The notes beneath the pieces were generated by a model. That model did not search any database. It was not told the DNA's origin and saw nothing but the letters and a program-made list of their open reading frames with translations. This document shows positions 13,503 to 27,700 of a stretch of DNA of 64,000 nucleotides, piece by piece. Source of the DNA: Ramazzottius varieornatus (lineage: Eukaryota; Animalia; Tardigrada); the NCBI GenBank assembly GCA_001949185.1, contig BDGG01000004.1:769620-833619 (forward strand). Direction: 5' to 3'. Each line of letters begins with the position of its first letter. The stretch's first letter is position 1. The translations under genes were made by a program, and so were the position numbers.

Positions 13503-16364
13503 CCTAAGTAATTGATCAATTACCGGCAACTCAAAGATCAAAACTTGCTCAAGTTGCAAAAATCAGTCCGCCCACGTCAGTAACTTCGACCCGTGCATCC
13601 ACAATACGGAGATGACGGTCCTCGGTGTTCTGAAATTTTTATGAAAGGGGCACTTTTCGGTAACAGAATAAAAGTTTCGAATGAAAGGAAGATATCAGCG
13701 GGACCACATCAGCCATCCTTAAATCGAGCCAAGTTGATTTAAGTGGAGCATATTGTCAGGCGCGGCCAATAAATGCAGTCATTGCCTTTAAGACATCATG
13801 GATGAGCTCCATTCCGACACTCCACATCTCTGCGCTCTTCATCCGCCATGGGCAAACTGTACATCTTCCTTTGCATTTACTTCGCCGGATGTTTGAGCCA
13901 TGGCTTGCCGGCGTAGGGTTTCCAGCGGCCTCAGACTGTCAGACGTGACTCGACTGTCAATACGATACGGGACTTCGCAGCGGTACGTACGAACCCGCGC
14001 AGTATCACCGTACTACACGATGAAACACACCGATGATGCGGGCGTTTGGCAAATAAAGTGAGCCACCTCGGTTCAGAAGTGGAGCACGGTTTCGGCTGTA
14101 GCAATGGAAAAGTGCGCCACTTGGAACAATGATCTGGTTCAGTTCATTTGCCCATGTCCCATGTACCGTAGTATTCATGGCTAATCTGTGTAGCGTATCT
14201 TGAGCAGGGTAGAGAGTATGAACTTAAGCTGAAGCATCCGTCTTTCTATTGATATTCGAAATTTGGTGATCACACGGAAGAGGGGGAAAGGGTTCTTGAA
14301 AAAAGAAGGAGGATGCTCTCGTGGGAACTAGCATGCAATCTGTGTGTACTTGACTGAACCGACTTAAGCTATGAACCCCCGCTACATCGACAAAACGTCA
14401 CGCCACGATATATTGGCAGGAAAAAAAATGAACTGCGAGGCCTGCTCTAAGCTCCGCCGGCTTCCTCTTCTTCCCGAATCTCCAACGTAAATAAGCCTAA
14501 AGTCGTCTGTAAACACTGAGATCCTTAAATACGCCTTGAATTTGAACAGTCGTAAGAAAATCGTTCACCGGTGTAAAGCTGCTTCGAATATCCGCACGTG
14601 TCGATTTGTTTCGCCCTCCTCCATTCCATCCCGCAGTTGAAAAGTCAAGCCTAGCGACATTCAGACTTTATTTAGAATGGCGACTGCACCCGTCTGCATT
14701 TTTCGGGAGCTTAAGTTTAACCGCTCGAATCGCTGAATCAGCATTTCATTAAGGCCCAAAGACAGATCTTTGATAGGACTGAGAACAGACGGGATTAGCG
14801 ATCCATTATGGCCTAACCATCGAGAAGAAAAGTCAAAGACGCAAGGAGGATCAGATGATCACGGGTTCAAAGACGGTAATCAAGTTAGAAAACCAGCTGG
14901 ACGTTTTTTTGATGGAGCGTCGGTTCCAGTCAAGCTCGATATAACCATGTTTTTCTTATTATGATTAACCAGTCGGCTGCCTTTACATGTCAAACTCCAT
15001 CGCGCCTGACGGCTTTCCTGGTGTGTGAGTCGATTGGATCCCCAGCTGTCGGATGCAGCCTTGACCTTTGCCTCGCTCGAGGATGCCCACAGGGACTTCC
15101 GGCACGCGCAAGATAGTCCGCCGTCTTGCGCAAGCCGTAATTGGCCTCTGCAGCGAGCGATGGATAAATCTGCAGGGATCACTTCGGTACTGACTAAAAA
15201 GAACGTAATGGCTGTAAGGCGCACTTAGCCATGTTGGAGACCATGGCATAAGAGTCTCCGATCTAATTTAGGGCTGTTGAAATTTGCTCTGAACATTTCC
15301 TTCAGTTTAGCAAAGGAGTGGATGCCAGTAGGAATTAGAAACTTGAAGGGTCATTCGCCACAAAAGTGCAAAGGGCGAGGCACGATAGCAGAAGAAAATG
15401 GAAACTCTGCTCCCCGACCACCATCTCGCTCTGTCCATTTCCAGACCGGAAACAGCGGACATTGCTAAATGTCAGCTGTTATCGACCCAATAGCAGCTTT
15501 CAAAATTCTGTTTGAAACAAACTCCCCTGACTGGTATTGGACAATGATTTGGTAACGAACGTTTGCGTGCGTCTCTTTGGTTTCAACTCACCAATGAACG
15601 TACATTTCTCTACGTTCTGATCCAAGTAGTACTGTTTTATGCTCTGGGTGAAGGAACGTTTGAAAATACGAGAGAATTGAAAATCAAATACGAGTTTAGA
15701 CGTCAACTTGATCCCTGCTAGCCAGACAAGGTCGGTAAGGAGACTAATTGAGTTCGCGTCCCTTTGAACTAATGCCTTGAAGGGTCGACAAAAGAGGAAG
15801 AGAAAATGCCGGCAACGACAAGAGTGCGTACTATCGATTTCACGCCACTCCATAGCTGTAGCTACCCTCTATGTATCGCTTTCAAGGACCACCGGGCTCC
15901 CTATCCATCCCATTCGCCTTCAGATCTGCATCACCTGCCATAAATTTCTATATAGAAATTTAGCATTTTCCCTTCGTCAAAGAATTCCATCTATCTCACT
16001 GCATCATTACGTACACGATGCCATACACAAGATTGCCTCGTCTTTCGTCGGTCCGACAACGTTCTCTGTCAGCGTGCCGAGCAATTGACACTTTAACAAC
16101 GATGTACACTGCACACAAGGCAGCCACTACATCACACTTTCCCCGCAGATTTATTCAAGCATTGCCCCTTCAATCCATCACCACATTTATAATTCAGCCT
16201 AGTTCAACATTGTTATCATTCGAAGAATCCGAAAAAGTGGCGCACGCGTACTTGCTCCACTTTTTTGTCAAAATCGGATTTTTTCCTTCACCTTTCATAG
16301 TTTCCCGCAGAAGAATATATCGTTGCTCTTTGACCCCATTTTTTATTCAAGAAGAGGTCTTCAC

Positions 16365-16532
16365 CGCAGTGGCGCATTCTTCCGGCCAAAAACACTGAAA
16401 ACGTGCGCCGCTTCGAAAAACGAACTCGACAAGCTTGTTTTCCCTAGTGGCGCACGCTTCCAGTGTTATTTGCTAAAAGCGTGCGCCACGTCGGAAAATA
16501 ATCTGGTCGAATTCGTTTCCTGAACTTCCATT
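16365..16532. repeat. Two tandem GTGGCGCAC-family palindromes
   Basis: AGTGGCGCA...CGTGCGCCGCT followed by AGTGGCGCACG...GTGCGCCACG...TCTGGTCGAATTCGTTT. Confidence 0.8.
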
Positions 16533-17361
16533 TCAAAAACTTCTAATTTGCAAGAAACGAGTGGAACGTTCGTAGGGTTGTCAACGTGGTCCGTGTCCAT
16601 CGTCATTCAAACCCGACAAAATAGAAAGTTTCAGCTGTTCACCAGCGAGCTTTGCTTTCCGCCTCATTTAACACTAGTCAATTAGAGCAGAACAGATCTC
16701 CGACAACTAGTTTGACCCACAAACACCCCTACAGGCAATGTAGCCAGATCGCTTCCTGTTCATCCTTTCTCATCCTCTCGGCAGCATGCGTTGAAGCCCA
16801 GCATGAACAGTAGGATTACTATTCCCAAGTCAATAACCATAAAGACTGTATCCCATTAACCTCTGCGTCATAAAAATGTTCCACCAAGACAAGCTTTACT
16901 TTAGCCCTTCTTGAACGATAACAGCTGGATCTCGTCATTACTTATAAACGCATATCAAACCGCCCAAAGTACCACTTTCATATTAGATTAATGTTTGAGA
17001 CACTCGAGAAAGGTTCTTTCGTTATCTCACATCCCACCACAACAAATTGGACAAAAGTACGTAGAAACCCTTGCCGAAAAAATAATATTCGTGTCAATTC
17101 CAAATTCGCCATAGGAAACGAGATCCAGACGAAAAGAAAAAAGAACCAGTAAAGCCCTACGCCCCCACCCGCCATTCCGGTCCCTGACCTGTTGGCCTAG
17201 GCTCAGGATTATTCACGAGTTACTCCCGAGATACCGAGTAAGAGAACGCTCGATGTTACATCCCAGCCGCACATCGAAAACTATCGCTCACTCATTTTCG
17301 TCGCAAACAGTCATCCACAAGTCACAGCTGACTTAATAGCCAACGGTGGCAATTACTGTAA

Positions 17362-17486
17362 ATGGGAGATGGCAAACAAAACGTGTAGGATCATCAACTA
17401 GAGCGGCGCACCATTCCAGCCGAAACCAATGAAAACGTGCGCCGCTGGAGTCCACGATCTTGTTCTTTTGGTTTGCCAGCTCTCAA
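17362..17486. repeat. GTGGCGCAC-family palindrome
   Basis: ATGGGAGATGGCAAAC...AGCGGCGCAC-loop-GTGCGCCGCT...GTTTGCCAGCTCTCA. Confidence 0.75.
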
Positions 17487-18572
17487 ATGACTACATGCTC
17501 AGCCGAGTTCCAACGATGTGACCAGCCGCTACACTGCCAAATACATAATTTATAATGTGGTAGAACAGGGGAAAGATTATTGTCGAATCCATACTAGGGT
17601 AAAATTCGAGCATAAAGAGTACGAATAGATTATATTATTACAAGCCAAAAAGTGAAATCAGGTGTCTCAGGCGTTTTTGCACAACTGTAGCTGAGTGTAA
17701 AACTAGGGTTCTTCAAGGTTCTCTCCACGGTTCTTCTGCCAAAAAGACCGAGGAGGAAGAAAGCCTCTCAAACACCGTAGTTGGACTAAAAGAGAAGAGC
17801 CACTCTCAAAACCAATCAACAAGATTTTTCGCATCAAGCACAACTGGACAAAGACAGAGCAACCAGCCAGACAGTCAACCATTCAACACTGGTGCATTCT
17901 TCCACAAGCATTTCCCGGCCACGTCAGAATATGCACACCATCGTCAACAGTCTCATGCCCAGCCAGCTGGCCGTTCCTTCCCTTCTCCCCTGACACACTA
18001 CTGGTTCCACCGTATATCATCAAGAAAACTTCCCGGCCAAAGATTAAATGCCACTCAAAACGGATTTTTCAAACTCTGCTGTCTATTGGAAGAACACAAA
18101 ACGAAAATTCACGAAAGGACAGTTCTTTCACTTCTTCTTCTGCCCCGCTGTCACTTCTTCTTCACATATTCGAATGTTCTTTTCGCCATCGAGACATCGC
18201 TGCCACCGACATCTTTATTTCTGTCTTTCTATCGCCACTTCTTCAGTAATGCATGCCACGCGACGCATCGCTACCGATCTTGCCGCTTTGCTGCGTCGTC
18301 TTGGAACTGTTGCTACTCCCGTTTATTCCTAATCCACCGTTCAAACTTCCCATCTGAAAAACCAAGCCACAAGTTTTAGTTCAAATTCCGGGTTGTGTGT
18401 AGCGTATACTCAGCCTAGCCTGTGACTTCCGGCTAGAGAACCTGACAACTACTTCAAGTCACACGACATCACTCTACGCCCCATTACATCACCTGACTAA
18501 CCATATGGAGACTAGTCAGACTTTTCCATTGCTGAAAAAGATAAGTGGGGCATCATTGCATGACATGAAGTA

Positions 18573-18724
18573 CTGTAGTGCTACCAAATTATCGCGCACT
18601 CAACCACGTGATGAGGCATGGTTGCCGATTGATCAGATGTTATCACTGTAACGTCGATGACTCTCACCCGGGCATCGTTTACTGTTCACGTGGTTGAGTG
18701 CGCGATAATTTGGTAGCACTACAG
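18573..18724. mobile_element. 152-bp MITE with perfect 39-bp TIRs
   Basis: CTGTAGTGCTACCAAATTATCGCGCACTCAACCACGTGA (18573-18611) and its exact reverse complement (18686-18724). Flanked by TA on the left and CA on the right. Confidence 0.8.
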
Positions 18725-18793
18725 CACTGTCTAAACCGACGTCCTTATCCCATGAGCCACGATACCGCTTAAAAATCTAGACGAATTCATTTT

Positions 18794-21700
18794 TCACGGT
18801 ATTTTCCTACGATTTCTTACCAAATTCGGCACAGGGTCGGCGATGGATCCAAAGTCTCTCTGTTGCATGCCACTGCCACCGACGGTAACGGCGATACCAT
18901 AGGGGTTGAATCCTATGGCGCCCCGAGGCCATTCGAATTGGTTTTCGCTAAGGTCTCCGGCGCTCGAGTCGGTGTTCAGCGCACCGAAGATACCACTGCG
19001 GGCGAAAAGCGAGCCTCCATCTGTGGGCATATTCACTGGTTCCACAATGCCGCTCTTGATCAATCTCGAACCACCTCGTTGCTGCGGTTGTTGAGGCTGT
19101 TGTTGTTGTTGTTGACCGAGACCGAAAGAACTTGCGCCAATATCAAAAGGCTAGAAAACAAAAAAAGAACTGAAATCATTCTGTTCCTCCTTCAACCGAC
19201 GCAACTGTCGACTGTGACACCCACAGCAATGCGCCAGTTCGTCTGAGCTTTAAATGAAACAAACTTCCCGAATCAACTGACGCAGTCATAAAATCTCATC
19301 AACGAAGACTGCGCTGCTCCAAACTTCTCGACTATGCGGCGCACTCTACATGCACTTTACATGTGTTCGCACACCACTTTTTCCACCCCGGCGAACCAGC
19401 GCAGTCTAACCAAGTAACCAAACGAGTATGCGTCATTGAGATCTGTTATTCGTCTGGTTCATCATCTTCCATGCATTCAAAATTTTGGAACTATCAATTG
19501 ATAATGTTTACCGTCGGACGATACGTCATATCGTGTTCGCCAAAGTCTTCTCCGCCCACGAAGTTCATCCTTCGTGCCTGAGCACCAGCTCCGAATGCCT
19601 GTTGCCCTGCATAGGCGTTGTAACCTCCTTGGTCTTGTTGGGCGAACATACTGGCGGCCAGTCTCTGCGCCACGCCCATGAACTTACTGGCGTCCATGGC
19701 GCCCTCCTTCCCCCCAAAGTCCTCTCCATAGCCGCCAGCACCGAACCCTTCATGCTGGTTCCAGCTCACCTCATTCTCCAAGGGAGACACTCTGCTGCGA
19801 TGTCCGCCATTAACCATACCCTCTCCATAGCCCACACCGTTGCCATCCCCGTTGAACATGGGGCTATACATTTGCTGTGGTGTGCCGTTACCGAACCCAT
19901 TGACGTTTCTGTACTGGGTCATGTTGGGGAAGTTACCACGAAGGTCTTGTGGGAGTGAGTTGGGTCGACCGCGCGTGGTGTTGAAGGTGGTGTTAGTACC
20001 ACCGTTGTACAGCGGCACTTGCTGGCTAGCAGTTCCGTTCGGGTCGAAGGACATCGCGCCGGTACCGTTGAACATTGCGCCGGGTGTAGGTGGACCATTC
20101 CCACCGAAAAAGTCCATGTCGCTGGTCCAGACGTGTCTTTCGGACAGAAGATCGTTGTACAACGTCCCGTAGATGCCTACAAGGAAAAGCCTTACAATTA
20201 TCTGAATGGTGCCACCGTGTACAAATTTCCTACCATGGTCTTCCAGTTGTTGAGCCGTCGGCTGCTGCTGTTGCTGGAGGTGCGGCGCTTGCTGGTGATG
20301 GCTTGAAATGGGTCGTTCAAGCGCGGTTGCGTTCTGCTTACCACTGGTGGCAGGAGGCTGGGCCCCTTGTGGCGACCTCAGCTGGGCATTCTTCTCGGCT
20401 ACAGTCGGTGCTCTTGGCGAGACGCCGCCTTGCATCGCTGGACCCGAAGCCGATGAGCCACTGGAACCCATGGTATCGGCTGTCTGTGGTCTTGATCGTT
20501 GCTCTTGCTGTGGCGAATGCAGCATTGTCTACAGATAAAAACGATTGACTAAATAGTTAGCAAAATATCAAGTAGACTAGCTTTTTTCCCCGGAAGGACA
20601 TGTTTACCGTTGGGGGAAAGGCCATGGTTGTCTTTTGAGCCGGTCCACTGCTGGTGCTTGCCGGGCTGCCACGGTTGGATGGCTGGCTGGAAGACGAAGC
20701 GGCAATGCTTGGCGCCGGACTGATGACGGTCTCGCGGTTCGCTTGCGCATTCGCCGTGGGAGCCTCAGCCGGTGGAGCTGTCTTCGATGGTTCGGGATGA
20801 GCGACCAGAGCTTCCTTAGGTGTGAGAGCCGAGTAGGACAAGGTCGATGGGATGGATGCTCGCTTCTGATATGCGCTGGGAGGCATCATGTTGGTCGAAT
20901 GTGGTGGATGATGTCCAGCGTCCTTCTCCATCTTGCTCGCGGCGGTACCGTTGATTGACTGGTTACCCAAGCTGCCTCTTGAATGCATTTGACTGTTGGT
21001 GAACACCTAAACAGAAAAACAAGTTAAATAACCATTTCCGCTCCACTATCAAACAAAGTGGCGCAATGCACGGTGGACATGGGAAAGTGCGCCACTACCA
21101 GTTCTAAGCGCCGCTTCGATCAAACCGCGCACAATAACACTGAGAAAGCTTGAAGTGATGCGCGAGTTGACAAAATATTCTGAACAAAAGCTTTTCAAGT
21201 CTCAGACCTGTGTTGAATGGGTGGTAGAGGCCGAGCTGGACGTTGAGGGCGCTTGAACATTGCTCCGTAATGGGTTCATCGGAACCCGGTGCTGTGCCGC
21301 TTCGTCTCGATGCTTTGGACCATCGGCTGGTAACGAAATCGGCATTCTGATGGACACAGTTCCAGCTGGTTGCGACACGACCGAGTTGGTGATAGCCACC
21401 GAGTTAGTCTACAAGACAAAGCCAATGAAGACCGAGCATTTTTCGAAACATGGAAATTAACATACCTTGGTCTCCTTCAGCAAGTCTTCCAGGTCTCGAT
21501 CCGGATTATCACACAGCGTATCGATAATGTGATACGCTTCCGCCACCGCTTCCGATGTGCCCTTGACGGTGATCAACCTGTCGTTGATGCCTGGCTTGTT
21601 CTTCTCAATTTCGATATGGGCACATGTGGCTGCTCGGATAGCGTTGATGTTCACCCCACCCTTGCCGATGATTCGGGCGATGGACGAGGTGGGAACTCTA

Positions 21701-24700
21701 AAGCGCTTCGAGCGGCCCACCACTTCTTTCCAGCCCTCACCCATACTTCCCACACTGCCACCAACCCTTCCACTGGTTGCGTTGGTCACCACAGTACCTG
21801 TTCCTCTGGCCACTTTGTCCTGGCTTGCTGTGCCTGGTTGATGAGACGATTTCTGAGCCTGAAACAGAAAGAGTCGATGTAATTCAACTTCAACCACAAA
21901 ATAGTGGCGACTGAGGAAAAATCTCATAGAAGTATTCATAGAAAATTACCAAATTATCTCTCCGTATTCAGCGAACAGATGGCATAGAACTTAAGTACTA
22001 ACTAACAAGTGGCTGGAATATCTGACTAAATTAGACTTTTTTTGTATCAACTAACCTTGCTCTTCGGTTGGACCCATTCGTCATCAAATTCATTCTCGTC
22101 CCCATCGCCGTCCGCTCCGTCATCGGACTCTACCGACTGCACGGCCGGTTGGACTTGCGCCGGTGCAGTTGCCGGTCTCGCCACAGTCTTGACCGGTTCT
22201 TGGGCCTTCTCTTCCTTGGTAGGTGCAGAGTTGGTCACTTCCGGTGGAACCGACACCGCCTTGTTCTTGGCCTTGGCTTTCTTCTTCTTGCGTTTCTTTG
22301 CTGCTTCGGCTTCCAGCACGGCTTCGGCTTCCTCCTTGGCAGCGACTTCTGCCGCCAGTTTCTCTTGGTTTAGGATCTCAGCAGCCTTGGCTGCAGCGGA
22401 CTGAGCAGCCTTCTTGGTAGCAGGAGGAGGTGGCGGCGGTGCCGGACTGGCAGCTCGTGATGGTTCGGCGCTGGACGCTGCCGAAAGCATTTCTTGGGTT
22501 CGCTGTCCACCAGTAACCGACGAATCATCACTATAGAATATTCTATATTTTCCATATTTCCATATATCCAGGTAAACATATATCATTCATATATTATTTC
22601 ATATGTTTCCGTATATCATTCGTATATGATTCATGTTTGTTTATCTTTTGTGTCTTTCGTATCTTTCTATCCTTCGTATCACTCTTAAATATTGGATCTC
22701 ATATCTCTTACATATTTTCGATTTCTAAAAATCGCTTGTATCTTTTAAAGTTTGAATTTTTATACATTATTTTGTATTATATATCTTTTTTATGCATATT
22801 TTATATCCTTCGTATCACTCTTAAATATTGGATCCTTCGTATCACTCTTAAATATTGGATCTCATATCTCTTACATATTTTCGATTTCTAAAAATCGCTT
22901 GTATCTTTTAAAGTTTGAATTTTTATACATTATTTTGTATTACATATCTTTTTTATGTATATTTTATATCTTTTGTCTCTGTTGCGTATTATATTTTAGA
23001 TTATTTTACGTTGTATGTTTTAAGTTTTATTCCTAAATCCAAATACCATCATAACTATCGCTATTGTTCTCTTCAGATAATTTTCTTAGTTTACGTACTC
23101 TTCTTTGCCGACTTTCTTCTTCTGCTTCTTCTTGTCCCTCTTCTTGGCTCGTTGTCCTTCCTTGGTCTTTTGCTGAAGGTCCAGTTCTTCGATAAGGCTG
23201 CGGGCTTTGGCATCGGCTTCGGCTTCCTTCTTGTGTTTGGCGTCCAAGATGGCCTTCTTGCATCGTTCATAGACGGTCAAGAGGTACGAGTTGTTGCCAT
23301 TCAGCTTGACTTCCTTGCAGTACCGTGTCATTTCTTCTTCTGACGGATAGCAGTGGATATGGTCGACGAGAGTCTTAACGATACTCTCATGTCCTCGCTT
23401 GAAGGCAGTCAGGATACAGCTCATCTGTCGGTTGTCCCGAGAGTCCACATCGGCCTTCCCGCTCGCCACGATGGCTCGTGCACAGTCGTAGTGGCCGTTT
23501 TGACAGGCTAGCCACAATGGACTGCAGCCCTTCTTGTTCCGCACATTCACCGCCGCATCGCTACAAAACCAAGAACGTCGGCCACATGAAAAAATGATCA
23601 ATCTTAAGTGGCGCACGATGGCCGTATCTCAACACGTGAAGTGCGCCACCTCAACAGAATATGACATGCTTCCCTTAAGTGTTAACACCATGAAATTACG
23701 GGTGCTGTACAAGGGCGCCACTCGGCGGCTATCCCAGTTTAGAGGCGCACAATTCAGTGTAACTGATCCTGGCGAGCGCGTTAGTTTCGCAGTCCAAAGG
23801 CACAACTTACTTTTCGATCAACATCTGCACGAACTTGGCATGTCCCTTCTCCGCCGCGATGGTCAACGGAGTGTCCTTCGTACTCGGGACTGGCGCGCAG
23901 TCCACTTCGGCGCCGGCATCCACCAAGATCTTGCCAATCTCGAAGAAGCCACCGTTCGCTGCTTCCATCAAGGCATTCAGACCGTTCTTCAGAAAAAGTA
24001 TAACAGGTTCACCAGTTTCACTCTACAAAGGTGACGAAATTTCGAAAACCGTACCTTCGATCGCCATTCCAGATTGGCGCCTTTCTCGACCAGAACGCGG
24101 ACGCATTCTGTTCGGCCCTGAAAGCACGCCAACGTCAGCGCGGTGTTCCTGTTGGTCTCGATGCACTGGTTGATGTCAGCGTTGCTTTCGATCAAGAGTT
24201 TGACGATGGACGTGTGACCGTTCATGGCAGCCAACATCAGTGGAGAAATTCCCAATTTTGTCCCTCTACATGAGAGCGAAGTTGATAACCGAAAATTATT
24301 TCACGAAAAAGGAAGTAAGTTTTCCCACCGAGCGTTGACGTCCGCTCCGCGTTGGATGAGCATTTGCGCCACGCGATGATGTCCATTGAGGCAGGCGACA
24401 CACAGCGGAGTGTAGTCGTTGCTGTTGCGATGCTCGATGGAAGCCTTGAACTCCAGCAGGATGCGGACAATCTCGGTGCGACCATTGTAGCAGGCGATGG
24501 TCAGAGAGGAATCGCGCTTAGCTTGGTTGGTGTCCATCACGCAGTCCAGTTCCGCTCCATGTTCGCACAGCTCCTTCACCGCGTCTTTGTGACCACGTTC
24601 CACCGCATATCCCAAGGCAGTCCAACCTGCGAAATGTTTGCAATGTCGGAAACAATTCAGAGTGAAGTTTCAACAACTTCCCTATTCAAAATCCAGAAGG

Positions 24701-27700
24701 TCGGCAAACCAAACGCACAAGACCTCTATATCAAGTGGCGCACGTTCTCATTATTATTGGCCGAAAGCCTGCGCCACCTGAGAATCCGTCCCGTACGTTT
24801 CGTTTGTCGGCTTCCCTTTGTCATTTCCAGAATGATCTTCGTTGTGAGTAATCCCAAAAACTATGGGAATCGGTCTTTGACCCCTTCCTAAAGTTGCTTT
24901 AACAAAGAAAGCATCCCACTTAGAGCATTTCAATACTGTAATGCTTCTTGAATCTCAAGCACTGACGTCATCATGCGCGCCACTTCTACTGCTGTAGTGA
25001 CTCATATAGTGCACAAGGGGTGTGACGTAAGTGCGTGAGATTCAAGAAGCATTACAGTACTTCAGGGACGGGAATTAAGATAAGTCTGCGGTAACAGTTC
25101 TGAATGAGGAACCTCATGGTGACAATTTTCTTCGACCACTGGTCAAGGAAATTAAACACCTTGATCTGAAAGCCTGGCGCACTTTTGCACAAGCAATGAA
25201 AAAGAAAAATCGACGTTTTCTGTTGGCACTTGGCAGAGCAAAGACAAGTGTCAACTGTGGCCACTCGCTTTCACTCAATATCACAAACAAATTTCTTTTC
25301 TCCCGCGTTGTGCGGTATGATCATGTTTTACCAAAGGTGACTAACGTGCCACTCCGGTGGTCTGGCCAGTCAACCTCTTGCAGTCTCTCTGCATACGTAG
25401 TGTACTTCGAAAAAATTATAAATGATATCAATCGTGCCATCAGCAACATTAACCTCAACTGGACTTTTAACACTTAAAAGACCAAGGGGGTACCCCGGTT
25501 GCCTGGCGCACCCCAAAAGCTCTGCGGAATGGCTACTGTTAAACCTTTTCGTCTTAAATTTTCACGTTTGCTTTCGGAAACTTTGTCGCTTCCAGTTAAA
25601 AAAGATGTGAACTGGCTAGCAGCTTTCTGAAAATTTCGAGAGACTATTTCGTTTTTGACCAGATTGTCTCTTGAGTTGACAGATCAATTTTTTACTCAAG
25701 AGCTGGCTGACAGGAAGCCTCCTTAAAAATTGGACACAGAGCTAGTACATTGGTACCGTCTTAGACGCTCCAGTATGTTCCATGCTGTGTGAACAGTGGC
25801 CAGAGCAAATTAAAAAGGTCTGGCACTTTGGTTCACTTAGTGGTGCATTTTACTCGAAAAATGCGAAGCGTACACGTGGTGACTGGCCCGATCTGACCCC
25901 ACCCTATGATTTCAGCCAGTTAAAAATTGGGGAAGGTGATCTATCCCCCTTGTACTCTCAGAGCTCGGACTTGCGTGGTCTTCTAAGTGTGAAGCGATAA
26001 GAAAGCGTCACCATAACAAGCTGTCTGTAGCTATCAATTCAATGGCGAGTCTTAGAAACCTCAGTCTAAACTTGAGATTTTACTTCAACGCACCTTTCTT
26101 GTCCTTGTGGTTGGGTTTCGATCCCGCATCACAGAGGGTGGCGATCATCTTGGCATTGCCCCTGATGGCTGCATGGATGAGGGCGGTGCTCGAGTCGCTT
26201 TCCTGTTGTTGATCCACATCGACCAGGGCGGGTTTCTTGGGTGGCGGGATGGTGCAGTTGGCCACATTGGTCGCCACGTCGCGCGTGCTCCTCACCGACT
26301 TCTTGGCTGATCTATCGGCTAGTGCTTGTTCTTGTGCGACCCGTTGATGGTAAGCTTCCCTGGCCAGCTGTCCTTCCGCCAAGGTGGCAGCAGTCGCTTT
26401 AGCCTCGGCCAAGAGCTCTTCGCTCATGGCAAAGCCATCTTCCGAAGTGTCGTCCGGTGTCGGTTCTGGCGTCCGTGGCATCTTCAGCTTGTCATCTATA
26501 GGCGAAACCACCGGGTCTCTAACGTCATTGTTCACAACAGCTTTGACACTCGACACATAGTCCTTCTTTCTTTTAACCATTTTGCCGTTAAACGAAAAGC
26601 CATTCCCTTCACCTCCTACACCGAGCAAGCACAAACACATTGATAAGCAGCAAGCCAGCATGCAAAACTATCGCATTTCTAAAATGGCGAAACTTCAACG
26701 CAAAGTGCGACGTCGGCAAATGGTTTCAGCCAGATTCTTATTTCAAGTGGCGCACGTTTGCACTCTTATTGGCGGAGACGGTGCGTCACTTGCGAAGACG
26801 ATCAGGCTGAATTCATTTCCAGCTTCCCAAATCATCCTGGAAACTACGGGAAACGAACTTTTCCTCGCTGACCGTCTTCCAACAAGAATCATAATGTAAT
26901 TATGCAAAAATAAAAATATAAATATTCATGCGTGAATAAAGTGGCTGCTCGCGGAATCTTACTGAAGGTAACGGTGGTAGAAGTGGCAGTAGCGTTGACC
27001 GTGGTGGACAGTTCATGCTTGACGGGTTCACCGCAACTGACACATCGACTACTCACACACTGACCAGTGCGAGGCGACTTCGCCAAGGGCACTTCATGCT
27101 CTGCCCAGTTGAACGTTACATCGCGACTTTTCCCGTTCTTACCCGCCACCTTGTTAGATACTGCTACAAAGACAGACCGTTGACCAGCAAAATAAGCACC
27201 CACCAAACTCAAAGATAAACCACACACAGCAGCCACGAGTGTCTCACAAAGCACCGAAAAGGAAATTTTCGAGCTTGACTTCGAAAGAGTACAGAATGAT
27301 GTGACTTACTTCGTCGGGTTTCCAGTTTGGGCATGCCTTGAAGCGGGTCTTTTCCGATCCTCTTTATAGTCCGGTCAGGTCCTCCGACCGCGGGACTCCT
27401 CAGTGCGGTTGGAGTAGACAACGATGGTGGTGGTGTGCTGGTGGAAAAGTTGAAAGAGGCAGGGACCCGAATGGCGTTTCTGTACTCTTCGAGGAAGAGT
27501 GGGTCGTCTTTCACGCCCTGGAAGAAGGTACTAAACGATTCCATGTTTAGCATTCCGTTCCTTCGTGCATCGACCATCACCTATTGAGAAATCTAGCTTA
27601 GAAGAGATTTCATCCCCATACGCATCCATCATGAACCACAACGTCACACTGCAAAGTGGCGCACCACTCTACTCCACAGGAGCGCTACTTGACGAAGGAA

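Noticed and set aside
22637-23343. Hydrophobic F/I/L/Y-rich plus-strand ORFs resembling mitochondrial membrane proteins
   Set aside because: They are by-products of the T-rich tandem repeat and the antisense of a Lys-rich Mask exon; no recognisable motif.
26080-26661. ORF with a signal-peptide-like start MLACCLSMCLCLL as a separate secreted protein
   Set aside because: The N-terminus is intronic polypyrimidine read-through into a Mask ankyrin exon.
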